Numbered from the stretch's first letter, positions 1 to 8,732 are shown. The stretch: DNA of 32,000 bases from Promethearchaeum syntrophicum (GCF_008000775.2 NZ_CP042905.2:2610001-2642000); one strand, 5' to 3'. The notes: a model not told the origin generated them from the sequence alone. Translations and numbers: made by a program.

Positions 1-1
1 A

Positions 2-247
2 TCGTTCTTAACTTCTTTGAATGTTCCTTTCAAATGTAGAACCCATAAATTTAGGCATTCAATTTCAAGATTTAGAAGAGCAAATAACTTTTCTCGTGGA
101 GATCGAGAAACATTAAGTAATCATTCAAGTTTATCTTTGGAAGATCGAATATATGCAAAAATTCCGATTGAAAAAAGAATAAAAATATATGATGAATGTT
201 TTCCCAAAGAATACAAAGCATTACTGTTACATATTGATTCGCTTTGA
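2..247 (+). CDS. Tyrosine recombinase/integrase, C-terminal fragment (ORF open to the left edge, 5' truncated)
   Basis: The frame is open from base 2, before the listed start at 17. Translation ...FKCRTHKFRHSISRF...ETLSNHSSLSLEDRIYAKIP... resembles the catalytic HxxR box (HKFRH), a degenerate LGHxS-like box (LSNHSS) and a C-terminal Tyr (RIYAKI). Confidence 0.6.
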   Translation, partial: SFLTSLNVPFKCRTHKFRHSISRFRRANNFSRGDRETLSNHSSLSLEDRIYAKIPIEKRIKIYDECFPKEYKALLLHIDSL

Positions 248-479
248 ATACTATAACATTCAGATGTCATGTATCTTCGCGAAATACCTATTTCACGTAG
301 AATCCTATAGTTCTAGATAACATTTAGAAATATTTTTTTCTTAGACAAGATAAAAATTGAAAAAAATATTGATTTATCTTGGCTAATTTTTTTTTCATTA
401 ATTTTGTGGGAAATTATTTTTTGGATTTAGTAACAGAAATTATTTTTTAATTTTTATTTCCTGATTTCTTAAAAAACAT

Positions 480-820
480 GGTAGCAATGGTAGCAATGGT
501 AGCAACTTTTTTTTCCATCTAAAACTGTTTAGTATGGGATAAAAAAATTAAATTATAATACGATAATGAAATTTATGTTAAAAAAATACTAAATTTGTTT
601 AGGTATTGAAGTAATATTCTTCTAAAAATAGTTCTTGAGAATTCGAAAAAATATTAAAATTGGTAGCAATGAAAGTAACAATGGTAGCAATTTCTAATTT
701 TGTTACTAAATGTTACTATTTGCTACTTTTTTTTGGTAGCAATTTTTCTTTCTAATACACTTTATTTTTAATTTATTTTTGATAAAATTGTTTATTTTTA
801 TAGTTGCTACCATGCTACCA
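480..820. repeat. Cluster of GGTAGCAAT 9-mers: three tandem, then dispersed, then two inverted
   Basis: Read directly: 480-488, 489-497, 498-506 (last ends AAC), 662-670, 683-691, 735-743, plus reverse-complement copies at 803-811 (gttgctacc) and 812-820 (atgctacca). Confidence 0.85.
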
Positions 821-1013
821 TAAATTTTTAAATTTTTTTTCCCAGATATTTTTCAAACAATATTTATCTTTTTGGAAATCGGTAGACAAAACTATTGGTA
901 GTATTTTGTGGGAAATTTTCTTGAAATCTTCCCTTTAGTTATTTTATAATCATAAGAAAATAAATCAAAAATGTAGAAGAAATTGAACTGTTTTCAATCT
1001 TTAAATTTTCAAA

Positions 1014-4000
1014 TTAATTCATAATCGAAAAAAAATCTCCTTTCTCTTGAAGATATTTCTCGTTAATCCATTTTTCAAAAAGTAAACTTAAATTGTCTTC
1101 GGTTAGATTTGGTTTCCTGGCTATTGTCTCCCAAATATCTTCAAAAGTAAATCTGTTTTGATTATTTTTCGCAAATTCTTTTATAAATTCCTTTATTTCT
1201 ACTTGAATTTCTTTGGATAAAATATTTTTAGATATTGAATTTAAAGTAATTCCATCATCATCTTTCTTGATTTCTTCCATTTTAGAATCTGGGATTTTAT
1301 TTCCAGTTAACTTCCGATATTCTAAATTTACTCCCCTTTTTGACTTTCCACATGATTCCCATCGAAAGTTTACAGTAATTTTTACTTCAGGATCAATTTG
1401 TTCAAAATATTCTCCTAATTGAGGTAAACTCCTAAAAATTCTAAACGATTTTCTTCTTGCATAATCATTATACTCTCCTAAAAAACGGTGTGTTAAATAG
1501 ATCACTTCTTTTATCCGATCAACCATTAAAATCGGAATTTTTGTTTCATAATTATACTCGCTTTCTATAAATGATAAAATTGCATAAAGATCTTCTTTCT
1601 TTTTTTCTATTGTGGCATCTTCAAACTCTTTAATAAAATCAAGTAAATGATCTGACTTATTTTCTAAGAACTTATCTAAAATTATATTTGGATATTCAGG
1701 GAGATATTTATTAAAAATAAATTTCCAAATTGACAAACTAACAAGTATGAAGGCATTTATTGTAATTCTTCTTGGATCCGATAAACGAATATTATTGGAT
1801 TTACATAATTGAGCAATATATTTTCTCTTCTCCAATATAATATATTCTAAAACATCCAAATCATTTCTTATTTTTACTTGATCTTTTTTATCAATCCCGA
1901 ATTTTCCAAAATCTTTAATATATTTTATTGCTTCGGAAAGAAATAGATATCCACACGCTTTTGAATCTTTTATTGAATAAGAAATGTCTTCAAATATTGA
2001 AGCATATTTTTCATAATTAGAATTTTTTTTATGGCGGGTTAGAACTGTTCTCCCTTCCCGAAATGCATCATCCATATTAAGCCAATCAATTGTATTGGCA
2101 GTGCCCATTATTGTGCAATTAATATTAGTAAAAACTAACTTTCGATCTCTGGTCATTGTCATAGAATCTTCCATATTAGTTGTATATGATTTTAATTGAT
2201 TAATTATTTGAGATGTCTTTTTTATATAATCAATTTCATCAACATAAAGTGGCAAAGTGCTACCACTCAAGAATTCAGGAAGTCTTGCAGGTGAATCAAT
2301 ATTTTTTCCATCTCTTGGATTTATTCCATAGAATATTCTATTAAGCAGATCAAATAATGTTGATTTTCCCACTCCACCCATTCCAACAGCAAAATATCCA
2401 GGAAAAACATCAATTTTTTTTTTTTTTTGAGAAAGGGCTTTAAAAAAAGGAGCAATACCTGTAAAACCAAAAATTACAAGTGCAAAAACAAGATCCAATT
2501 TTCCTTCGATTATTAGGAGATTATAATAATTTAATATTATTTTTCGAATTTCTTCTTTTTCATTTTCATCATAATTCGATTTTGGAACGAATATTTCTGT
2601 GTTTTTTAATTGGTCAATTATTTTTTCTTGAATAGCGTTTAAAGGAATTATTTGGGTTAATTGAGGAATAACTAAAACCAATTTTTTTGTTTCATCTAAA
2701 TGAATACCCACACATGAGAAAACCCGTTCAGAAGTAAGATTCTTGTTTCTTTGAATTTCTCTTAATAGATTTACTACTGCTTCATCTAAACCCTCTTTAC
2801 TTACAATTATATTTTTATCTCCTTTTTTGATTTGTTCTAAAATCGAATCCAAAGAACCGATGAAACTATTTCCCCCAATAATCACTTCATAAAGTTGCAT
2901 ATCATCATCGTTTACATACAGTTTCACCAATTGTAAAGGAGATTCAGTCAATCGCTTCTCAAATACTATATTATTTTCCTTATTATCGTATCCTCTTTTC
3001 CAGATTCCTTCATCATCATTTTCCCAATATAATGTTCTCCTTCCAGTTCTTTCTATAAAATATTGAATTTTTTCGCTGGATTGTTTTATTACTTCAAGAT
3101 AATTTAGGGAAATAGTAGGTTCATTATAATTTCCATATTTTAAAATACCATATCCTTTTACTTTTGTCCCGATTTGAAGATTCATTCCTTCAAAAAACTC
3201 AATATTTTCATCTACAGTAATTAAAATTTCTTTAAATTCCCTAATTTTTGATTTTATATCGCTAACAATTCGAATGTTTAGTGATTTAATTTTTTTCCCT
3301 GATTTGATTTGATCAGATTCAGGTTTTGAATATTTATATTTGATTGATGGAATACTATTTATTTTTCCTTCTAATACAATGTAATTATCAAAATCCCCCA
3401 CAACAAAATTTGAAAATTTATTATAATAAGGGAATATGGAAGAATCTTCAAAATAAATGATATTTTTATTTGAATTTGTCTTAACTCTAACTATTTCTTT
3501 CATAGTGCGAATAAAAGACCTGGAGTTTTCAGTAATTTTTTTCGTTATAGAATGCCTGGGGATCTTCCAAAGAGTATAATCATTTATTTTATTGGGAATA
3601 ATTAGATCTACGATTTTTTTAGTAATCGAATTCAGATCCCCACTATAAAATTCTGCACCTTTAGATAAAAACTCCAAATCTTGTATTAAATCTCTTTCAT
3701 TTTGAACAATAATTACCTTTCTCCCATTTTTATCTGTCATTGATAATGATTCTGGATATACTTCACAATCTTTGCCTTGATCATTTTCATCAATCGAAGC
3801 CTCTATTGTAATCTTGTCATATTTAAACAGATTAAATGTTCTATAATCTTGAATATCCCTTAATTTAAAACCATAGTCTAAAATACGAGATTCTTTTAAA
3901 ATATCCGAAATTCTGTGATTGAATTGAACTTTAAAATTTTTTTGGAATTTTTTAAATTCTTTAATTCTTCTCTCAGGAGTTAGATCCCCAAAGTCTAAAA

Positions 4001-4055
4001 TCAAATTTAAATAACAATTGTTTTCCCTGATCTTATTTTCTGATATTTGAACCAA
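1014..4055 (-). CDS. Large P-loop/AAA+ ATPase, probable replicative helicase of a mobile element
   Basis: 1013 aa with Walker A GMGGVGKST, Walker B-like LPLYVDEID, sensor-1-like CTIMGTANT and a following basic GRTVLTRH segment. Has a long N-terminal domain, starts at TTG, and is the last gene of a tight operon. Confidence 0.6.
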   Translation of the reverse strand: MVQISENKIRENNCYLNLILDFGDLTPERRIKEFKKFQKNFKVQFNHRISDILKESRILDYGFKLRDIQDYRTFNLFKYDKITIEASIDENDQGKDCEVYPESLSMTDKNGRKVIIVQNERDLIQDLEFLSKGAEFYSGDLNSITKKIVDLIIPNKINDYTLWKIPRHSITKKITENSRSFIRTMKEIVRVKTNSNKNIIYFEDSSIFPYYNKFSNFVVGDFDNYIVLEGKINSIPSIKYKYSKPESDQIKSGKKIKSLNIRIVSDIKSKIREFKEILITVDENIEFFEGMNLQIGTKVKGYGILKYGNYNEPTISLNYLEVIKQSSEKIQYFIERTGRRTLYWENDDEGIWKRGYDNKENNIVFEKRLTESPLQLVKLYVNDDDMQLYEVIIGGNSFIGSLDSILEQIKKGDKNIIVSKEGLDEAVVNLLREIQRNKNLTSERVFSCVGIHLDETKKLVLVIPQLTQIIPLNAIQEKIIDQLKNTEIFVPKSNYDENEKEEIRKIILNYYNLLIIEGKLDLVFALVIFGFTGIAPFFKALSQKKKKIDVFPGYFAVGMGGVGKSTLFDLLNRIFYGINPRDGKNIDSPARLPEFLSGSTLPLYVDEIDYIKKTSQIINQLKSYTTNMEDSMTMTRDRKLVFTNINCTIMGTANTIDWLNMDDAFREGRTVLTRHKKNSNYEKYASIFEDISYSIKDSKACGYLFLSEAIKYIKDFGKFGIDKKDQVKIRNDLDVLEYIILEKRKYIAQLCKSNNIRLSDPRRITINAFILVSLSIWKFIFNKYLPEYPNIILDKFLENKSDHLLDFIKEFEDATIEKKKEDLYAILSFIESEYNYETKIPILMVDRIKEVIYLTHRFLGEYNDYARRKSFRIFRSLPQLGEYFEQIDPEVKITVNFRWESCGKSKRGVNLEYRKLTGNKIPDSKMEEIKKDDDGITLNSISKNILSKEIQVEIKEFIKEFAKNNQNRFTFEDIWETIARKPNLTEDNLSLLFEKWINEKYLQEKGDFFSIMN

Positions 4056-4335
4056 ATTTTTTCCCTACCTTTGTTAAAATGTTTTGTTGACGTATTATGA
4101 TAATCAAATAATTTCTTCTATCCTTCTTTTCAAAATGGTGGTTATATTCAATTTCACCTTTCCGTTCCTTCCGATAACGCCTTATAGCATCTTCTTCATA
4201 CTCCCAAATCTCATCTTCTTTTATGAAGTGATTTGCAGGGTAGATTACTTTCCAACTAAATTGTAATCTTTCGACAATATTTGGTTCGATCCCTCTAATT
4301 TTTTGAGTCTTTTTTTTTTTCGAATTATAAATCAA
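4033..4335 (-). CDS. Small hypothetical protein
   Basis: 100 aa. Overlaps the start of the helicase-like ORF and the end of the upstream ORF (4332), which suggests translational coupling. Confidence 0.55.
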   Translation of the reverse strand: MIYNSKKKKTQKIRGIEPNIVERLQFSWKVIYPANHFIKEDEIWEYEEDAIRRYRKERKGEIEYNHHFEKKDRRNYLIIIIRQQNILTKVGKKFGSNIRK

Positions 4336-4529
4336 GCAGAATCACTCCTTCTTTTTTCAATATCAAATACATATCGGAGATCTTCTAACTTCTTGACTTT
4401 ATTATTAGCGTCTTTCTCGTCAAAACAGGCTACTCTTTTATGTTTGATTCCATCGGAAGATCTCTCCTTCCAAATAACATAAAAACTTACTAACGAATTA
4501 TTTTCCCTTTCAGGTTTTATTTGAGTCAT
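4332..4529 (-). CDS. Small hypothetical protein (start revised from 4604 to 4529)
   Basis: Internal ATG (MTQIKPEREN...) is preceded by a strong purine-rich SD-like AAGGAGAG. The next gene overlaps its stop by 4 nt. Confidence 0.55.
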   Translation of the reverse strand: MTQIKPERENNSLVSFYVIWKERSSDGIKHKRVACFDEKDANNKVKKLEDLRYVFDIEKRRSDSA

Positions 4530-4633
4530 TTTTTTTCTTCTCTCCTTACATTTTAAAAAATAACCCCCCGAATCGACAAAAATAGAATTAAACAAAACGA
4601 GCAAATAAATTTATAACTTTTAGCCCGATTTAT

Positions 4634-4864
4634 TTATTTGATTCCTAAATTTTTGTTTGTTCTGGGGATCACTCGATTTGAGGAAAATTGACTTTCTTGG
4701 CGGATGGTTTTTTTCCTCAGATCTCCTTTTATCGAATTAAAATTCGGTGGCTTTGCGTATATCTTTTCATACATTTCCATTAGAGCCGTTTTCTTTGCTG
4801 TGAGAATTTCAATCTCGCGTTCCGTTTCATAAATTGCTTCCCATTCTTTTGATTTTCCTTCCAT
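4634..4864 (-). CDS. Small charged, coiled-coil-like hypothetical protein
   Basis: 76 aa, heptad-like ETEREIEILTAKKTALMEMYEKIY. Same strand and operon as its neighbours. Confidence 0.5.
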   Translation of the reverse strand: MEGKSKEWEAIYETEREIEILTAKKTALMEMYEKIYAKPPNFNSIKGDLRKKTIRQESQFSSNRVIPRTNKNLGIK

Positions 4865-4888
4865 TTTAGTTTTCTCTCCGAAATTCTA

Positions 4889-5041
4889 TTATTTAACTAT
4901 TAGTAATTGCTCAGAAGAATCCAAATACTTTTCCAATAAGGAATTACAAAGTTTTGATACATTATACGGCCCTTTTTTGAGTTTCTCATAGAGTTCCGTA
5001 TCTATATATACTGTGGTTTGAGTTTTATTTTCATTCGACAT
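4889..5041 (-). CDS. Ribbon-helix-helix (CopG/Arc-like) DNA-binding protein, absent from the supplied ORF track
   Basis: Manual translation: MSNENKTQTTVYIDTELYEKLKKGPYNVSKLCNSLLEKYLDSSEQLLIVK*. A beta strand TTVYIDTELYEKL followed by two helices matches an RHH pattern. 50 aa, first gene of the operon. Confidence 0.6.
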   Translation of the reverse strand: MSNENKTQTTVYIDTELYEKLKKGPYNVSKLCNSLLEKYLDSSEQLLIVK

Positions 5042-5271
5042 ATTTTTTTACACCTTTTTTTAAAAGAGTTATCTACTATCTCTCTAAGAGTATATAATAC
5101 CTGACATTTTTTTTTCAAAAATATCAATATTATTTATTAAAATTTAATCATTTAGAATATAAATATATTTTCCATCGAGATTTACTAAATTATTCAATAA
5201 TTATTTACCACTCAATAATTCTCGTAATGATTGGTTGTATTACAACATTTCAAAATGTATCTCGAGATTTT

Positions 5272-5339
5272 TTTTGGTATACGAGATTTGTTCCCGTATT
5301 ACGACTTTTTGAATCACGAGATTTGTCCGTATTTCATTT
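5272..5339 (+). repeat. 68-bp perfect direct repeat, copy 1
   Basis: ttttggtatacgagatttgttcccgtattacgactttttgaatcacgagatttgtccgtatttcattt, identical to 5486-5553. Confidence 0.95.
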
Positions 5340-5418
5340 GAATTTAAATGTCTTTCTTTATTTGCTTATTTGAATCAATAAAATCTTCGTTTTTTGAATT
5401 TTGAGTAATATATAATAT

Positions 5419-5454
5419 TTCTCGTAGGCTTTCTCGTAGGCTTTCTCGTAGGCT
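5419..5454 (+). repeat. Three tandem 12-bp repeats TTCTCGTAGGCT
   Basis: Exact units at 5419-5430, 5431-5442 and 5443-5454. Confidence 0.95.
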
Positions 5455-5485
5455 TTTACATAATAAAAAAATAAAAATGTTGTAG

Positions 5486-5553
5486 TTTTGGTATACGAGA
5501 TTTGTTCCCGTATTACGACTTTTTGAATCACGAGATTTGTCCGTATTTCATTT
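5486..5553 (+). repeat. 68-bp perfect direct repeat, copy 2
   Basis: Identical to 5272-5339 by direct reading; start-to-start offset 214 bp. Confidence 0.95.
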
Positions 5554-5751
5554 AAATTTAGATTTTTTTATTAGTTTAGTGATTTAGATTAAAAATCATT
5601 TTAATTTCTTGATTTTTGGATTATTGAGTATATTATTCTCGTAGTCTCTCTCTCGTAATTTTTTTAATATTGGTTGTAGTCATTGTCGCAGTTTTTGTAT
5701 CTCGATTTTTTAGTTGTATTACGACTTTTTTTATACGAGATTTCTAAATGT

Positions 5752-5814
5752 ATCTCGAGATCTCGTAATACGAGAAATAAAAAACAGATTTTTAGAATTT
5801 GTTGTAATACAACA
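5752..5814. promoter_or_regulatory. Cluster of short palindromes
   Basis: ATCTCGAGAT (5752-5761, also 5259-5268), CTCGTA-A-TACGAG (5762-5774), TGTTGTA-A-TACAACA (5800-5814). Confidence 0.7.
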
Positions 5815-6005
5815 TTTATTTTTGTCGGGAAGGGAGAAATACTCCTCATTATTTTCAAATCCCTTTATTGTTATGTATAGACTATGATGTAACATAGCAA
5901 AATCTGTGAACAAATTAAGATATGAAAAGAATAAGATAAAATAATAAATACAAATAAAAAAATGGTGAAAATGGTTTTTGTCGCATAATATTGAAAAGAA
6001 AAAAA

Positions 6006-6512
6006 TCATTCGTTCTTAGTTTTTTTATTTTTAATTTCTTTAAATTTCTTTATTGCATTTTTTACACAACCTGAACATAATACAATTAAATTATCGTGGT
6101 TAAAAGCTAGTTCAGGATATTGAAAAGGTGATTTTTTATGGATAACACAAGGTATTTCGGTTTCATGATGACAACCTTCAAATAATTCAAAATCTCGTTC
6201 ATCTCCATAAATTCGGTTTTCGTTAAAAAGGATTTCAAATTTAATTCCTTCTTCTTCGATGTTTTTTTCTATATCATTCTTTTTAGGAAGCAGATTTAAT
6301 AAAATCTCACAATCACAGAAAGCACTTTGAGATTTAAAAAATTCTAATGTTTTATCGATATTGTATTCAGGAAGATATTCTTTCATATATTCAACTGTAT
6401 TAAAAAAATCATTTTTACAAACTATTGTTGACATTTTTAATGCTAAATGACTGTATAAATTTTTAAAGGCAATATTATCTAGTTCCAGATGTTTTGGTTT
6501 ATTTTCATTCAT
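6006..6512 (-). CDS. Hypothetical protein with Cys/His-rich C-terminus, possibly HNH-like
   Basis: 168 aa ORF. C-terminal GCHHETEIPCVIHKKSPFQYPELAFNHDNLIVLCSGC has an H...N...LCxxC spacing reminiscent of HNH/treble-clef proteins. Confidence 0.5.
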   Translation of the reverse strand: MNENKPKHLELDNIAFKNLYSHLALKMSTIVCKNDFFNTVEYMKEYLPEYNIDKTLEFFKSQSAFCDCEILLNLLPKKNDIEKNIEEEGIKFEILFNENRIYGDERDFELFEGCHHETEIPCVIHKKSPFQYPELAFNHDNLIVLCSGCVKNAIKKFKEIKNKKTKNE

Positions 6513-6549
6513 TTTTCTTCACTTTTATTTAATATTCTAAAAAAAAAAC

Positions 6550-7221
6550 TTATAATAATATATCTGTCAATTGTTCATAATCTTTTTTACCAATTTCATT
6601 CAAAAAACAAGCAATTTCTTCTCTCAAAGTTCTTTCATGATAAATTGCACGAATTTTAAAATATAGAATTGTTTTTTCACTAAGAACTTCTTCATATTTT
6701 TCATTCTTCTCATCCATTAGATCTAATGTAAACCCTCTAAATTTTCGTTCATCTATAAGGGATTGTCTTTTATTTGTCTTAGAATTACTCATCCCAGGAG
6801 AATTTTTTAACATATCAATTATTTTTTGAAGAACTTCTTTTCTAGGAGACATGATCTCTACTGGTTGAAATTCTTTCTCTAAATCAGAACTTTTTATTGA
6901 ATACAATATTTCGGGAGGGTGTTTTTTTAACGATTCTAAACCTTCTTGTTCCGCATTGTAAAATTCTTCTATATCGACATTAGAAGAATATTTTCCTGAA
7001 ACAGATTGAATTTCCTCTTCCAAAATATTCATTAATTCTTCCAGGTTAAAATAACAATTCAACTTTTTTCCTTTTATTTCAGGGTGAAACACAAAATTTA
7101 TAGAGCAATTTATTACCTCTTCATTTTTCTCTAAATAAGAGTCAGTTTCACCATGATTAAATACACAATTGGATTTACAAAGGGGAAAATCGTTTGATTT
7201 TTCTTTTAGTTTTTCATTCAT
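6550..7221 (-). CDS. Hypothetical protein (start probably at the internal ATG MNEKLKEK)
   Basis: Long ORF with Cys-containing N-terminus. No family recognised. Confidence 0.5.
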   Translation of the reverse strand: MNEKLKEKSNDFPLCKSNCVFNHGETDSYLEKNEEVINCSINFVFHPEIKGKKLNCYFNLEELMNILEEEIQSVSGKYSSNVDIEEFYNAEQEGLESLKKHPPEILYSIKSSDLEKEFQPVEIMSPRKEVLQKIIDMLKNSPGMSNSKTNKRQSLIDERKFRGFTLDLMDEKNEKYEEVLSEKTILYFKIRAIYHERTLREEIACFLNEIGKKDYEQLTDILL

Positions 7222-7247
7222 AATTATCACCACATGATAGTAATACT

Positions 7248-7269
7248 CTATTATCAATATCGATAATAG
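7248..7269. promoter_or_regulatory. Inverted repeat in a divergent intergenic region, candidate operator
   Basis: CTATTATC-aatatc-GATAATAG: 8-bp perfect arms between the divergent genes 6550-7221(-) and 7334(+). Confidence 0.55.
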
Positions 7270-7333
7270 AATATTAATTATAGATTGTCAATAATAATAT
7301 TTAATTGTTTGTGTTGGTTATATATGATTAATC

Positions 7334-7555
7334 ATGGTTCCTAGAAAAAGTAGTATAAATGAAACGGTTGAATCTATTTTCTTTAAATTATCATCAGAAA
7401 CTCCAAAGACTATAACAGATTTAGTTAGAGAAACCAAATATCATCATAACACTATTCGATCTTATTTAGAACTTATTGAATATATTCAATCCCAACCTAA
7501 ACTTATTTTAGAAAGAACAGGTCATTCTTACCAAGTAAAAATAGAAAAAAATTAA
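7334..7555 (+). CDS. Small (winged) helix-turn-helix DNA-binding protein
   Basis: 73 aa: TPKTITDLVRETKYHHNTIRSYLELIEYIQSQPKLILERTGHSYQVKI, HTH plus wing-like tail. Confidence 0.6.
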   Translation: MVPRKSSINETVESIFFKLSSETPKTITDLVRETKYHHNTIRSYLELIEYIQSQPKLILERTGHSYQVKIEKN

Positions 7556-7640
7556 TTTTTTAATTATCTGAAATTGTTTTCAATGCTAACAAGATCATGT
7601 TAGCATTTTGATTTTTAGATTACCTGAATTAAATTAATCT

Positions 7641-7901
7641 TTAATTTTTTAAATTCAAAAGTTTATTTGATTCCTTAAACCATTTATATTTTTCTTTTTT
7701 TTCGGGGATTTTCTCTTTTTGTAAATTAAATTCAGGACAATACTTAGAATCTTGAAATTCGCAATTATTACAAGATATTTCGGTCATATTGCAATATGAA
7801 CAACGATTACAATATCGAACACAAAGGCAGGTATTTTCATTTTTAGTAATAGAAATATGAATTGTCTTATTACAACAAACAGATCGAATTTCTTCCACCA
7901 T
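7641..7901 (-). CDS. Cysteine-rich small protein, probable zinc-binding
   Basis: 86 aa with CC, CxC, CxxCxxC and CxxC clusters (CLCVRYCNRCSYCNMTEISCNNCEFQDSKYC). Confidence 0.5.
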   Translation of the reverse strand: MVEEIRSVCCNKTIHISITKNENTCLCVRYCNRCSYCNMTEISCNNCEFQDSKYCPEFNLQKEKIPEKKEKYKWFKESNKLLNLKN

Positions 7902-7920
7902 TTATTTCATCTCTTAAATT

Positions 7921-7947
7921 TTTATTTGAACATTTTTCCCGTTATTT
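7921..7947. repeat. 27-bp direct repeat at the int 3' end (copy 1)
   Basis: tttatttgaacatttttcccgttattt, 26/27 identical to 9153-9179. Confidence 0.85.
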
Positions 7948-8602
7948 TTTTAATTTCGATATAATCCAGGTTATCAATTTCAAAAAGATATTTCATTGTA
8001 GTTCTAATAGAACTATGACCGAGTAATTTTGAAATATCGTTAATGGGAAGACCATTTTTAATAAGAAAACTTGCATAAGTTCGCCTTAAACTATGGCTTC
8101 CTATATTATAACCTATAGAAAGGCATTGTCGAGCATATTTATTAATAAATCCGATAACCGAATTTTTTAAAAATGAACCATGTTTATTTGACTGGAAAAC
8201 ATATCCAGTTTTTCTATTTCCAATAGAATTTTTTATATCTCTAACTAATTCTTTCGGAATTGGAATCCTTCTATTACTTGAAAGTGTTTTAACTCGGAAA
8301 GATTTTAAATATTTAGTGGCATTCCTGGACTGAATTAAAACAAAACCGTTATACAAATTTAGTTGAGAAATTCCCATATTGCATAATTCACTAACTCTTA
8401 AACCTAATCCCATTTGTGTTTTAATCATTAAAGCATGTTTAAAATTTTGTTTTTCTGCAATTTGAAGTAATTCCTTTCTTTGATTTTGATTTAAAGCAAA
8501 TTTAATTTTTCGAATTTTATAAGAATTTTTTATTCCGGGATTAACCTGATAAACCGAAGGAATTAAATTTGGTGAGCCGGATAGATTATTTTCAGAAATC
8601 AT
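7922..8602 (-). CDS. Tyrosine recombinase/integrase (XerC/D-like catalytic domain, short form)
   Basis: 226 aa with catalytic R (TQMGLGLRVSELC), HSLRRTYA (HxxR), LLGHSSIRTTMKYL (LGHxxxxTT..Y). Little room for a separate N-terminal SAM-like domain. Confidence 0.9.
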   Translation of the reverse strand: MISENNLSGSPNLIPSVYQVNPGIKNSYKIRKIKFALNQNQRKELLQIAEKQNFKHALMIKTQMGLGLRVSELCNMGISQLNLYNGFVLIQSRNATKYLKSFRVKTLSSNRRIPIPKELVRDIKNSIGNRKTGYVFQSNKHGSFLKNSVIGFINKYARQCLSIGYNIGSHSLRRTYASFLIKNGLPINDISKLLGHSSIRTTMKYLFEIDNLDYIEIKKITGKMFK

Positions 8603-8704
8603 ACGTTTTCAAACCTTATCATTCGTTCTAAGGGTATTTTTTAGATATTTAAGGTAAGAGTAATCATAATTAACTCCTACAATAGTTATTATTTTTTCAT
8701 CCAT

Positions 8705-8732
8705 AAAAAGTTTATACTAGTATATACTTTTT
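8705..8732. promoter_or_regulatory. 28-bp near-perfect palindrome between divergent int and the 97-aa ORF
   Basis: aaaaagt-t-TATACTAGTATA-t-acttttt: symmetric apart from one position in each arm, located between int(-) and 8761(+). Confidence 0.7.

Noticed and set aside
1213-1422. Antisense ORF within the helicase-like gene
   Set aside because: Fully contained opposite a long supported CDS, with no independent support.
4084-4266. Plus-strand ORF opposite the 4033-4335 gene
   Set aside because: Antisense to a coupled operon gene; hydrophobic by-product of AT-rich coding sequence.
5272-5553. Possible CRISPR array from the 68-bp repeats
   Set aside because: Only two copies, 68 bp long, 214-bp offset, internal spacer contains other repeats, and no cas-like genes in the window.
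5664-6009. Overlapping ORFs 5664-5858(-), 5683-5880(+) and 5731-6009(-)
   Set aside because: Mutually overlapping on both strands inside the palindrome-rich locus, low-complexity hydrophobic translations. More likely chance ORFs.
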